Source: Octopus sinensis (taxonomy: Eukaryota). From it: a stretch of DNA of 64,000 nucleotides. The stretch spans positions 66,030,001-66,094,000 of the forward strand of contig NC_043004.1 in the NCBI RefSeq assembly GCF_006345805.1, written 5' to 3'. Every line of letters begins with the position of its first letter. The first letter of the stretch is position 1. Shown here piece by piece: positions 1-13,295 of the stretch. Under the pieces are notes generated by a model, which had not been told where the DNA came from, made no database searches, and worked only from the letters and a program-made list of their open reading frames with translations. The position numbers and the translations under genes were made by a program.

Positions 1-1307
1 AAAGCTGCATTAAGCTTAGGAAACTGAATTATCTTTTTGCGCAAACTAATCCTTATTTGTCTTTTCGTCTTAAGTCTGCATGCGTATCCCATTTATGCTA
101 TTTCTATTTGTCTGCCAGCATTTTGTTACCTGATGGTAAAATTTATAAAATATATGCAAAAAAAGAAGTTCTGCATCTAGAATAAGATGAAATCCTAACA
201 AGGTATAATCTGTCGATATATGTGTAATACTGAATAAAATGGCGGAGCATGACATCTCAGAGTTTCGAGAATAATTTTTCAATGTATGAAGAATTGTAGT
301 TATAGTTTATTGGAATTTGTGAAGGCCAATTTGAGGCTGTGTATAATACACGCATTACTCAAAACAACCTAAAGAACGACATAAGAATGCCATGTAAATT
401 TGTAATGTTTGGGAATAGCTAGTGTATATATTTTTATTCCTGATTGAGTGGGAATGCAGTGCATGTAACCTTTTACAGACATTTTAGTTCTCTGGCAGAT
501 AGGTAGAGAGGAAGCTATACTCGAACTAGAAACCAGATCAAAAGGATTACAACATGTCGATTTCCTTTAAAAGTACCTAAAATAACAGTTCGTAGCGGCC
601 GAGCGACCTGCGGAATAAATCTACCACCTAAACAAGCCCTGGCGGTATTTGGACTAGTAAGGTATGGAGGCGAAACATGGTAGCCTGCGGTAGTCGATCT
701 GATAGATTTACCGTTCCCTAAGCCTAAACCTCACCCTAATCTAATGTGAGAACAGGAGAGGAAAAGTGGGTCTCCGCAGGATTTCAACTGAGAGCAAGAT
801 ATCTGGATGAAATACTTGGTGACATTTTATCCAGTGATGTAACGACTCTGGAAGTACTCAAATGTTGATAAGATGTCTGAAAAATGAATGACTTCGCAAC
901 TATTCATGCATTTTCTAACCGAAGTGGAATAAATACAGAGAGAAAAATTATTGCTCCAAATTTATTCAGTGACGGAACATAGTAGATATTATTCTGAAAT
1001 TAATCCAAGTCGTTCGTTTTACCAATATCTACCAATACTCTTTGAGGAGAATATTATGAAAAAAAAAAAAAAATACCAGTGATTTACACGCACAGAAAAT
1101 AATTGGTTGCATAATATTTGATTTAATACGATATCTCATATCTTCATTTAATAATAAAGTAGCTTGTTGTTATTTGACATAGCAGAAGTGTGTACTCGTT
1201 TGTCTCGCTCAAGGAATGTGATTCGTACTTCTTTCATTAGACAGCAGAACGATGTCAAAGACAACGTTTGTGAGAACATAAATTGTTTGTTCCCTCTCGA
1301 GCTACGA

Positions 1308-1582
1308 CTGGCTCATAGGGGCCGGTTTCCCGGTTTCCTTGGCGTATAGATTCCCCAACTGGACAGGACGCCGGTCCGTCGCAGGTGAGCTACAAGATGC
1401 AGGAGGAAAGAGTGAAAGTTGTGGCGAAATAATCAGTAGAAGTTCGCCATTACCATCTGCCGGAGCTACGTGGAGCTTAGGTGTTTTGCTCATAAACACA
1501 CACATCGCTCAGTCTGAGATTCAAACCCGCGACATCTTGAGCGCGAGTCCGCTGCTGTAACCACTAGGCCATGTGCCTCCAC
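1308..1582 (-). mobile_element. tRNA-derived SINE (family B; head GTGGAGGCACATGGCCTAGTGGTT, CORE/V-like central block)
   Basis: Reverse complement shows a tRNA-like head with A-box (TGGCCTAGTGG) and B-box-like (GGTTTGAATCTC) motifs, then TGAGCAAAACAC; related to copies at 12098 and 16780. Confidence 0.8.
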
Positions 1583-1713
1583 GAGAACATAAATACATAT
1601 AACAAAATACCTTGAGTTATCTTACGCACTAACATTATACCCGACTGCAAGCCTAATTTTAATAATAGTGACAATAATACAGCTATCGCGATTTACATAT
1701 CTGTTATTAGATG

Positions 1714-1809
1714 TTTCGCTCACAAACACACACATCACTTGGTTTGAGATTCGAACCCGCAATCCCTCAACCGCGAGTCCGCTGCTCTAACCACTTGGCC
1801 ATGTGCCCC
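1714..1809 (-). mobile_element. SINE head fragment (family B)
   Basis: Same tRNA-like head as 1480-1582 (GAGATTCGAACCCGC...GCGAGTCCGCTGCTCTAACCACTTGGCCATGTGCC). Confidence 0.75.
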
Positions 1810-1857
1810 CATCTGGTGACTGATACATGTGACTAAATACGTGTTTAAATCTGATAA

Positions 1858-2475
1858 GGCGGCGAGCTGGCAGAATCGTTAACACGCCGGGCCAAATTCT
1901 TAGCGGTATTTCGTCTGCCGTTACGTTCAGAGATAAAATTCCGGCGAGATCGACTTTCTCTTTCATCCTTTCGGGTTCGATAAATTAAGTACCAGTTACT
2001 CACTGGTTTCGATATAATCGACTTAATCCGTTTATCTGTCTTTGTTTGTCCTCTCTGTTCAGCCCCTTGTAGGTAGTAAAGAAATAGGTATTTCGTCTGC
2101 CGTTACGATTTGAGTTCAAATTCCGCCGAGGTCGACTTTGCCTTTCATCCTTTCGGGGTCGATAAATTAAGTACTAGTTTCGCACTGGGATCGATCTAAT
2201 CGACCAACCCCCTCCTCAAAAATTTCAAGCCTTGTACCTAGAGTAGAGAAGAATATTTATGTGCGGTGAGTTGGCAGAAAAGTTAGCAGGCCGGGCGAAA
2301 TGCTTAGAGGTATTTCGTGTGTCTTTACGTTCTGAGTTCAAATTTCACCGAGGTCGACTTTGCCTTTCATCCTTTCAGGGTCGATAAATTAACTACCAGT
2401 TGCGTACTGGGGTCGAACTAATCGACTGTTCCTTTGCCCCAAAATATCGGGCCTTGTGCCTAGAGTAGAAACGTA
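1858..2475 (+). mobile_element. Deu/Nin-like tRNA-SINE (family C): internally dimeric copy followed by a monomer
   Basis: Head GGCGGCGAGCTGGCAGAA; the module GTTCAAATTCCGCCGAGGTCGACTTTGCCTTTCATCCTTTCGGGGTCGATAAATTAAGTAC occurs three times (about 1940, 2115, 2335). Confidence 0.85.
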
Positions 2476-4368
2476 AACACGTGTTTAAATCTGTTTTACA
2501 GAGATCAAATGCATTCAGCTGAAAAGAACTGAAGGTCTGAGTTATAGAAAACTAGAATGCTGCAGTTTCTAGCAGAGCGAGTGAATAATCAGGCGCTTCC
2601 TATTAAGAATGTTTTATTAGAACTAGTTGGTGATCGTGACAGTATAAGCATATACTTATGTTTTTTCTATAGTGTCATTGTTGTTGGCACAGCAAAATGT
2701 TACATAAAAGAGTTTGTTTTCTTTATTTCATTTTCTGGTTATGATTTGAATATATATATAAATGGAAAACATCAACTACACAGGAAGTAGGTTATATGTG
2801 TTAAAAATAAGAAAAAAGCAACAAAGCTCGTAAATAAAGAAAACACAATAATCGATCGTTAGCTTAATATGAAATACTAACCTTTTCTATAGTAGATGTT
2901 AACAAGTTTGTATTGAACTTATAACATATTTAACATACAAAAATTGTGGTGGTAAATACTGCGAACAAATATGAAATGAGAAATGAAAATAAAAAAACAC
3001 AATGACAATCAAAATGTCAGATAGTTTTCGTTATTCATTTTTAGTTCAGTTCGTTTTGTTTGTTTTGTCTCCACAGATTTTCGTCTGTGCCAATATAAAG
3101 TTTCAATGAGATTTATTGTTGAAGTTAATTTTTTTTTATATCATCTTTTGAAAAAGGTGAAGAATACAGAATAAAAAAAATGTTGAGTGCTAACAAAATT
3201 TTTCAGACATTGTTTTCTTGCTTCAATTATGCGAAGCAGGATGAAGAATTTGAACATAGAAATGTATTTAGCCCGGCATTATAACATTTCTGCTATGTTG
3301 TCCCTTTCTTGATGTGTACAATATTGATTTTTTTTTTTTACGATTTGACTTCTAATCTCAAACGGCTAATCATTGAAGTCGTTCAATATATCTTACTGAA
3401 TTGCCTCCAGCGTGTTGTTCTTCCTGCATGTTTTACGAAGTCCACAGAAATGAAAGGATGAAAGGATGAAAGGTCAAGTACAATACTGCTAAATTTCAAC
3501 GCAGTAATTTGAGTGATGATCTAAGGCAGTAGAAAGGTTTTACGTTGGTATACTAACATATTTCCCCCAAATACCTTGGCCCTCGGCACACAACGGCAGT
3601 TTATCTAAACAGCAACTGTTTCATAAACAGAACACAATCAAACAACAGTGTAAGTCTCCAAAGAATATAAAGGGATTTCTATCATTAGATTCATAGTGAA
3701 ATCGATATTCCAAATAGCATTTCTGTTTGCTTTTATAATTATTTTTTTAATTTGATGGCTATGTTGGAAGGCACAGTGCATATGTCCTTCACAGACTGGA
3801 TTAGACCGGTACGATTGATATCATTAATGTTCGTCTTCAATATTTGTAATTCAACCGTGCTTTAAGTATTCATTCTCAATTAGGTTCATTAAAATTTGAG
3901 AACAATACACGCTACTGCCATACCCCGCCCAAAATGTTTACGTATAAGTATCCAGCACCCACAAATTAATTAGATTTGTTTTAGACAATCAATGAGGTGT
4001 TCAATATTATAAAATTATGTATAAAAAAATGCATCGCTGAGTGGTTACGAACATCGCTTGGCAAACACTTGGTTTCGGATTCCATCACACTCTGCAGCCG
4101 TTTCAGCAATTATTTTATATGGCAGCTCCGGGCTAAGCAATAACTTGTAACTGACTTTCATAGACGATAACTGGGTGGAAAGCTCGGGCACACAAGCACA
4201 CACAAGCACACACAAGCACACACACACGCACACACGCACACACACACACACAAAATAATATGGATAATAATTATTTCTTTAATAGATGCAGTGATATTTC
4301 AAGCACTGTGCCACAGCGCAGGGCATTGGATATTTTTCCCTGTCTCTTTCTGTTTCTGTCTGTCTATC

Positions 4369-4443
<75 letters not shown>

Positions 4444-4475
4444 TTCATGGCCCAACGTGCATACCAAATTCTCTC

Positions 4476-4523
<48 letters not shown>

Positions 4524-4789
4524 TGCATGACCATGAATATATGTGTATCCGTGTGTGTTGTGTTCGTCAACCCACCATCGGATCGACAAATAGAGGTTCC
4601 GCAAAAGAGAAGTACAGAGTAATTACCTAACCTAAGAAAATAAGTACTTAGGCCGATGTTTTCAAATAAACCTTTGAAAACAGTGTTCCTACCTGGCCGC
4701 AGTGCAATGACAAAAAATAGTAAAGCATGTTAAATTATTTAAATATGCCACTCGTTCTACGGAATATATATTATTTTATTCTAGTATTC

Positions 4790-4930
4790 TCTTATATGTT
4801 TCAGTCATTAACTGCGGCCATGATGTAGCACCACGTTTAGTCGAACAAATCGAACCTAGGACTTATTCTTTGGAAGAGTAGTACTTATTCTATTTTCTCT
4901 TTTGCGGAACCACTAAGTAAACACGCCATA
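4790..4930 (-). mobile_element. SINE 3' part (family A)
   Basis: GTTTCAGTCATTAACTGCGGCCATG...AGCACC...TTTAGTCGA...GACTTATTCTTT matches the tail of the copies at 42545 and 55935. Confidence 0.75.
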
Positions 4931-5281
4931 TAGAGGTGGGGGGGGGGCAAAACGACAAACATACACACACACATATATATACATACATGTCTATATATAA
5001 ATATACATGGTGCTATGGGTAAACTGTTAGCATTGTATATTTTAAATCTCTCGCATACGCATGTATTGTTGTCGATTTGTCGACTACACAGTATAGTAGG
5101 GTCTGTTGGGCACCTGTGATAAAAACTATAACATGACCCAATTGACTGTGCTGGAGAATTTGAAAATGACATGCTGTCCTGCTTGGCTTTCGTGGAAGCT
5201 TTATTACGAACATTTCAAAATTTCGGGGTTTCAGTCTGAGTACATATACAGAGAATGATGATAATAATCTAACATCAAGTC

Positions 5282-5538
5282 AACATCATGGTGTTTGTAG
5301 TGATCACTAGTGATGGTGACGTTATGCCTCCATTCATCTTCCCACACAATCTGAGACTCAACATGGAGGTCGACATCAAGTGCTTGAATGAGGTAGTCCT
5401 GCCGTGGGTCAAGAGGCTTCCAGCTCTAAGAAATTATGTCTGCCAATAGAACTCTGCCCCATGCCGCATAAGCTGGAGAACCTAGTCATGGCTGTCAGAC
5501 AATTTCTGCGAACACATCACTTGTAATCTATGGCGATA
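5282..5538 (+). mobile_element. Tc1/mariner-superfamily transposase remnant
   Basis: One frame from 5282 reads NIMVFVVITSDGDVMPPFIFPHNLRLNMEVDIKCLNEVVLPWVKRLPALRNYVCQ*NSAPCRISWRT*SWLSDNFCEHITCNLW, matching the YVWQQDxAPCH...WPP region of IS630-Tc1-mariner DDE domains; two in-frame stops. Confidence 0.8.
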
Positions 5539-5649
5539 GTATAATGTACGTTTTAATGTATGTCTTGTAAATATATCTGTTAAAATGAGATGGCAAAGAT
5601 ATTTTCATTTTTGAGCAATCTAGACAATACATCTACCGCACCCTGTATA

Positions 5650-5714
<65 letters not shown>

Positions 5715-5715
<1 letters not shown>

Positions 5716-5900
5716 GTGACCTCGTCAGCACCGCCAGGAATTTTTTTTTCCTCTGTCTTCCCTTCTCGGGATCTTTCCTTCTCCTTTGTTTCCGACAAAG
5801 AGCTCCGCTCGAAACGTTAAATCCTCCTTCTTCCTTCTTTATTTGTTCCACGTCCTCGCGTTGGTGTGTTTTTTTTTTGTTTTCTTGTTTGGATTAACTT
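5715..5900 (+). mobile_element. Penelope-type terminal fragment with degenerate hammerhead
   Basis: CCGACAA-AGAGC-TCCG-CTC-GAAACGTT resembles CTGANGA/helix II/GAAAC; flanked by (TA)n; related motif at 61150. Confidence 0.45.
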
Positions 5901-5921
5901 TATATATATATATATATATAT

Positions 5922-5976
<55 letters not shown>

Positions 5977-6316
5977 TACATACACACACACACACACCAC
6001 ACACACATATATATGTATATATATATATATGTATACTATAATATAATATAATATAAAATAATATAATATATATATGTATATATACGTGCATGTATGTATG
6101 TCTAAGTTAAATGAGTTCTCATAAACATTTTATTAGATTAGATTTCACGGTGTATTAGTGAGAACTGTTTTTCGCTTCAACTCACCTCGATTGACTTATA
6201 ATTCCACAGTTAGGCAAATAGCTTTTCGTTTTATTTATCCCTATTTAAAGAAAGCAGAGTTATTGTAACATACCACTACATACGTATAAATAAATATATA
6301 TATATATGTATATATG

Positions 6317-6359
<43 letters not shown>

Positions 6360-7090
6360 CTCTCTCTGTATATATAAATATATCTATCTATCAATTTACC
6401 TATCTGTTTGTCGGTCCGTCAGTGTGTCTTTCTGTCTCTCAGTATATAAGCGGGTGTGTGCATATTTATATATATTTATGCATGTATAAATATATACATT
6501 TATCTAGTTATATGATTGCATATATATATATATATATGTGCGTGTGTGTGTTTGTACGGATGCGTCTGTATACATTTATGTTCAGTTATGTATATGAACC
6601 TCTATATTTGAGATTGTATGTGTGTGTGTAATGCCATTAGACGACATAATTCTTGCTATGTAGGTTTAATTAAGCAAGCAACTCTTATCCAATACGATAA
6701 GGAATTTTAGCAATTCCCTCTCGACACTTACGATGAGTCTTGCAGCGCTACTGACCGACCGAATGGACAAACACGTAGACAACACTCCCTCCAATGTCAA
6801 TGCAAAAGAAATAAAACGTATAACTAGTCTCGTAAAATCTCAAGCTAATACGAATACAATATATCCGCCTAATTGCTAACTAAGAGCCATTTGTATCCTC
6901 CAAGGAATCAGATGACTATTAGTATCATTTAATCTACCATATAAATTTGTTCGAACCTTCAATCTACGACTAAAATGTAAGTGCCTACATGATTTGATCA
7001 GTATTATCTCTATGTGTATATGCACAACGATTATTCCCGCATTAATTAACACAATAAGACTCAGTATATGTGCGTGTGTGTGTATGTGTG

Positions 7091-7131
<41 letters not shown>

Positions 7132-8259
7132 GTATATATATATATGTATATATAGAGGGCATTATACATACATGCCAGAGAGCATTATACATACATGCCA
7201 CACGCTAAGAGGGACAATTAGTCATTTCTACCAAAAATATTACTAATCCCACCGAATGCAATTTTTAAAAGTAAGACATTTAAAAAATATAGACCTGTAT
7301 CACAGTGATTTCATACTTACGTATTCATCAGCAGGCCTGAATGTATCATAAATAAACGACCCTGCCCCGCTTAAGCCGATCAGCTAACTGATCAACATCA
7401 ACGAAGCACATGGGTGAGTTTACATATATTACATCCTGTAAATGGCGAACTTTTACGAATTGCATTTCGGGAAAGGAAAAGTTTTTTCGGAATGAAAATT
7501 TAGCAATTAAGGACAACTACTTAATAAGAAAAACTTAACAAGAAATTGTCAGGTAGATAGCGTGAAAACCTCATAAGAGAATAAATTTCGAAAATAATTA
7601 TTTCTTATTGAACATATTAATTTATATATAGAGGGCATTATACATACATGCCAGAGAGCATTATACATACATGCCACACGCTAAGAGGGTTAGGTGTAGG
7701 TGGATGGAGCCTAACGGGAGGGGAGAAGGGGTTATAGGGAGGGGCAGTGGGGTTAGGTGTGGGTGGATGGAGCCTATCGGGAGGGGAATATATATATATA
7801 TATATACCAGAAATCCCTAGTTTTGTCGGGACGTTCGGAGTCTGCGCAGTGATCTGATTAGTTAGAGAGAGTAAACCATTAGAAGCACATGCTTCTAGTG
7901 AGTTAGGATCTCAGAACAACAGGGCTCTTACCGATGAATTCTCCCTGAGCAAATAAATTATCTTTATTGCTGAAAAGAAAGAAACTGCAGTCTAAGAGTA
8001 ACCGAGTTAGTAAATGTTTTTATCTTCATTTCACTAAATTTATCTAGCTTCTGTGTTCCTAGCACATATTTCGCCTTAATGTACTGATATATGAAAAAGA
8101 TATGGCTTGTGCTAGAAATACCAGCGATAATAATTATTTTTATTTTATCGCAATTTGACTTGTTTATATATAAATATATATAAATATATATATATATATA
8201 TATGTATAAAAATATATGTATATATATATATATATATATATGTATAAAAATATATGTAT

Positions 8260-9130
8260 ATAAAAAATACAAAACGGGACAAGAACGCAAAACACTCTAA
8301 GAGACGACAAAAAAACGGACGGGTCATTCGAAGCCTCTAATCTTCAGTCAAGAACCGGATCATCCTAGCAATTTCGGCTGATTAATCTTGAGATCGCTCC
8401 GATCCGGCCAGCCCCAAGGAAAAACTAAGCGACGAGCATTAGTTTTCTTGGAAAAAGGATCGAATGTATACGAAACAAGGACAGAAAAACGGACGATGCC
8501 ACACGTATATAAATACAAAAAACAAAAATAGTAATAACAGGACAAAAACAGCGGGTGTCTTACGACTTTAGACAGTTCATCTTAGCTTAGCTGCCGCATT
8601 TGGAAAAAAATGCCTTTACGGCAGACGAAGAAATCGATGTTGTCGTGGCGGTGGTCAGAAGCCGAAAGGCTAGTTGACCACCGGTCACGTGAGAGGAGAA
8701 GAGAGAGAAAAAAGGGGCAAAGGAATCAAAGAGGGAGAGAAAAAGAGAGACAAAGGCACCAAAGGGAGGGAGAAGAGAGAGAAAACGGAATTAAAGAGGG
8801 GAGAAGAAAGAGAGCGTGCCAAGGATTGGCTTGACGACAGAATCAGTGAGGTGCAAAGTGAGAAAGACAGAGAAATGTGAGAGAGTGGTGGAAGAGGAGA
8901 CCAAAGAATCAGAGGCGAGAAAATCAGAGGCTAGTGAAGTAGAGATAAAGTGTGTGTAGAAGTGGTACAGTAGTGGAATGCTTACATACATAAGAGAATA
9001 AGATGGACGTTATGCCGCAATAATATATGTATAAAAAAATATATATATATAAAAAATACAAATAGGACAAGAACGCAAAAGACTCAAATAGATGACACAA
9101 AAAACAGACGTGTTATTCGAAGCCTCTATG
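8260..9130 (-). mobile_element. Penelope-like 3' UTR/pLTR fragment with ~80-bp diverged direct repeats
   Basis: AAAAAATACAAA..GGACAAGAACGCAAAA...TTCGAAGCCTCTA at about 8262-8340 and 9050-9128; minus strand has GGCTGG...TCAGCC-GAAATTG (hammerhead-like helix II plus GAAA) and a pyrimidine-rich tract. Confidence 0.45.
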
Positions 9131-9224
<94 letters not shown>

Positions 9225-9264
9225 AGTGTGTGTGTGTGTGTATAATAATTTTTGCGTAATACGA

Positions 9265-9365
9265 TAGAAAACCTAGCTGTATAGATATTAGAGCATTTAT
9301 AGATAGAAGGTCTTACAGCTGTTTCTAGGATATTACTTAATAATATCTCTTCATCGGAGAAGTTG
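9265..9365 (-). mobile_element. Penelope-type terminus with degenerate type I hammerhead
   Basis: Minus strand TCT-CCGATGA-AGA-GATATT-attaagt-AATATC-CTA-GAAAC-AGCT-GTA-AGA; core U4 mutated to C. Confidence 0.5.
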
Positions 9366-9891
9366 TGAGAGGAAAATTAAGTCATAGTTAGTTTAGATGT
9401 GATACAAAATAGAGTGAGGTAGAGGAAAGAAAATATATGCAAGATATGTATGGTTATTGAAGTTGTAAAACCGTTTTATATGCATAATGGTATATATGAA
9501 ATATTCCAATATCCTTTGAGTAAAATCCAAAAGTTCAACAGAGTTTAGTATGAGTCCTTCCAATGTAGGTCTATATATGTGTATATATATATAATATATA
9601 TAGATATAATATATATATATATATATTATATATATATATATATATATGTATATTTAAAATTTTATAATTATGAGTAAATCTCCCTGTTAGTTTTAACTGC
9701 TATTTCTAAACTTCGGTTTGTGGTGAAGCAAATTTTTGCTGATCCCTAATTATATTTATACTCATAATTGTAAAATGTTATGTATAAGCTTACCGAAAAT
9801 GTTTCTTTTAACATGCCTAACTACTTAGTAAAATTATTAATTACTAATTATTAATTAATTGATTTTACCCTTTATTATAATGGATTATATA

Positions 9892-9945
<54 letters not shown>

Positions 9946-10054
9946 TATATGTATATTACTATGTAATGTGCTATAAGCTGTGTGAAGCGCAAAATACACC
10001 TCAGCATCATTCAAGCATGCATCTAGCCATCTTCGGGAAGCGAACATGGTTTTA

Positions 10055-10095
<41 letters not shown>

Positions 10096-10439
10096 TGTTT
10101 GAATGATGCTGATGTGCATTTTGCGCTTCACACAGCTTATAGCACATTGCATAGTAAGAATCTTACCATTTTATTTAACTAAATTGAAATATTCACACGT
10201 AGGAAAACGTGTACAGACAATCTCCCAACATACACACACATACAGACACAGGAGCATGCAAACATTTGCATCACACACACACACACACACACATACACAC
10301 ACACAGATATTGATTTGTCATTTCCAGCGGTTTACAGTCAAACTAAAAACAGATATAGTGACAGGCAAAACACCATCAGCGACAAAATACAAAGTACATG
10401 AATAAAAAAAAAACATACAGAAAAGAAGAAAATAACTAC

Positions 10440-10676
10440 GTCGACCATGAATTACCGTTCTTTCTGAATGATCAGATTATAAGGAAGAATGTTATAAAGA
10501 GACTAATCCACTCGAGTTTAAATGTCGCGAACGGTGTCTCAGCTTTTTCAGCTTTATGGGAGTGGGGGGGCGATAACATAAATACGTTTAATAAGTGGGG
10601 TCGATGTTGTCGAAATACCCACAAGCATGTAATTGCTGGATGTGCCCAAATGTTTGAAAGCAATAAAATTATATAA
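10440..10676 (+). mobile_element. Dong/R4-like (RLE-type) LINE C-terminal remnant
   Basis: ORF 10398-10676 contains FLNDQIIRKNVIKRLI and GRCCRNTHKHVIAGCAQ, resembling AQDQxIxTRN and the CRxC..ETxxHIxSGC knuckle of R4/Dong LINEs. Confidence 0.4.
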
Positions 10677-10789
10677 TTTATTTGTTTCAGTTTTTGGGTT
10701 ACCTTCGTGCAAAAGTGAACCCAGGAATCTGTGGCTGGTTAGCAAACTTCTTACCAACAGTCATGTCTCCGCCATACATTTATACCTAC

Positions 10790-10830
10790 CTACATACATA
10801 CATACATACATACATACATACATACATACA

Positions 10831-10862
<32 letters not shown>
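10790..10862. repeat. (CATA)n microsatellite
   Basis: Direct observation. Confidence 0.95.
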
Positions 10863-10864
<2 letters not shown>

Positions 10865-11249
10865 CATGTGCGCGCATATGGAGATTTGTTACGTGCTTGT
10901 GTGTGCGTGAGTTTGAGCAGGATTGTAAGATTGAAAGAAGCTATTTTGCTCATTACATTTCTAAAAATAATTTCGATTATCGTTGAAAAAGCAAAAATAA
11001 AGTACTCCAAACGTACATTGTAATCAGATTTACAAAACAGAAGTTATATTTATTAATAAACAAAAAATGAACAGTCAATGCCTTAGGCTAGATTTTTCTG
11101 TAATATTTTTAATTCTCTAATCATGATGTATTAAATAGTTTTCAACATTGGTGCTCTAATTTCACAGTGAACTTCTTCAAATAAATATTTCTTGACGTGT
11201 AGAATTCATTAATTTATTATTTTGCATGCATTGATCGTGTGCGTGTGTG

Positions 11250-11316
<67 letters not shown>

Positions 11317-11629
11317 TAAATATATATATATATTTATTTATATATATATACATATAGAGAGTGTATTTGTATATAGTGTATACCCCCCCCCATATATATA
11401 TATATAGATATAATATATATATATGTATATTGAGATTCATGCCTATAGATTTAACGGAAAGATTTTTCTCAATGTGAGCAAAAATATAAATGTATAAATA
11501 TAAATAAATTAATATTAAAAAATGTTGTCTTTAAATTTGTGAAATAATCAAAAGTATTTTCGTGTCAGTGTCGTGACACTTTGAAATGACTTAGCTTCTA
11601 TATAATGTAGAAAAAGAAAGGCAACTTTA

Positions 11630-12700
11630 TTAAATGTATGCTTTTCTACCATCAGAGCAATAAATCATTCGCAAAGCAGAAAGAGCTGTGTTGTGTTGTA
11701 GCCTTTCTAAAACTCTTTCTCTAACCATTTCACCAATATTCCATCTTCTTTGGATGAAACAGTTGTATATTTTCAATGAAAGTCTTGTTCTTATATATTT
11801 TTCATCGGTTCTTCCGCTACATGTACGATCATCTCCAGGAAAATGGTAAAACTTCTGGACACATCTGGAAGGCTAAATGTTTTGAATGACACTAAAACAT
11901 TTTCATTGAAATTTTCATGAAAGTCGCTAATCCTTTTTATATTATATTTTGTCATAATTCAATGTTTTACATTGAAACTACGGTACATTACAAATTCTTT
12001 TAAAGTATACCAACGTGTATGTTTAAGTGACATTACTTCTGATGCGATCTTATAATCAACAATCGATAATATGCTTTGTAGACGCAAGTATCAACATAAT
12101 GTGGAGGCGCGTAGCCTGGGATCTAGGATGTTGAACTCATGATCGTAAGGTTGTGGTTTCGATTCCTGGACCGGGCGATGCGTTGTGTTCTTGAGCAAAA
12201 CACTTCATTTCACGTTACTCCAGTCCACTCAGCCGGCAAAAATGAGCAATCCTGCGACGGAACGGCGTCGCGTCCAGGTGGGGAATTTCTACGCCACTGA
12301 AACTGGTAAACCGGCCCTTATGAGCCTGGCATGGCTCGAGAAGGAAGTATCAACATATACTGAGCATGAGAGTATTTTAACAAATTCGTCTGTCTTTTGT
12401 AGATATGAAAATAGATCATTATGAACTGATACATATTTTGTTAGTTTGAGGATAAGCATATTTCAAAAGATGTATAATAAATGCATGCCAGCTGTGACCA
12501 TTTTGTTCGCCATGATATGTCTATGTTTAAGACGCTCTTATTCAAATTTTCAATTTTCAAGAAATTTCCATATGTTGATAAACTGCGTAAGGAATCCTTC
12601 ATTGGGTTCGATATTCTACGATTTATGTATTTAATGTATTGTAAATCATTTCTTCTATTGAATTGTAATTCAAAGATAAAGTATTTGTCTTAGAATCTGA
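11630..12700 (-). mobile_element. PIF/Harbinger transposase remnant, interrupted by a SINE
   Basis: Minus-strand frames give ISNPMKDSLRSLSTYGNF (cf. ISPxExLxxTLRxLATGxS) near 12600, SDFHENFNENVLVSFKTFSLP, then KFYHFPGDD (cf. PYVFVGDD) and TDEK..RLS..IYNCFIQRRWNI (cf. RLSxAR.VENAFGILxxRWRI) at 11630-11870. Confidence 0.5.
12098..12346 (+). mobile_element. tRNA-derived SINE (family B)
   Basis: GTGGAGGCGCGTAGCCTGG...GGTTTCGATTCCTGGACCGGGCG...TTGAGCAAAACACTTCATTTCACG; tail matches the reverse complement of 1310-1380. Confidence 0.8.
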
Positions 12701-12969
12701 TATATCATTTCATACGTCGAGAGAAAATATCATGCATTATACGTAAATATAGCATGGCATATATGTAAAATAAATGAAAGTGTATAAATATTCATATATT
12801 GGAATAGATGGTTATTTTATGTCCACACACACTCACACACACACTCACCCACACACACTCACACACACTCACTCACACACACTCACTCACACACACTCAC
12901 ACACACTCACATACATTTTCAATCGTACGCAAACGCATAAACTTATGTATATATATATTCTTTAATTCT

Positions 12970-13295
12970 TTTATTCTTTTCCTTGATTCAGTCATTTGAC
13001 TTCGGCCATGCAAGGCGTTGAAGGTTTTTTTTTTCTAGTCAAAGAAATCGATCTAGGAACTTTTTAAAACCTGGTATTTATTTTATCGGACCATTTTCCG
13101 AACCGCTACGCTATGGGGATGTAAATTCGCCACAACCTGTTAGAAAGAAGTGATGAGGGATAAACACAGACAAAGACACACACACACACACACACATTTA
13201 GATATATACATACGACAGACTTCTTTTAGTTTCCGTTTACTCAAATCCACTCACAAGGATTTGGTCGGCCGAAGGCTATGGTAGACGGCACTTAT
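12970..13295 (-). mobile_element. tRNA-derived SINE (family A), 5'-truncated
   Basis: Tail TCAGTCATTTGAC...GGCCATG, internal (CA)n, then AAATCCACTCACAAGG.TTTGGTCGGCC. Confidence 0.8.
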
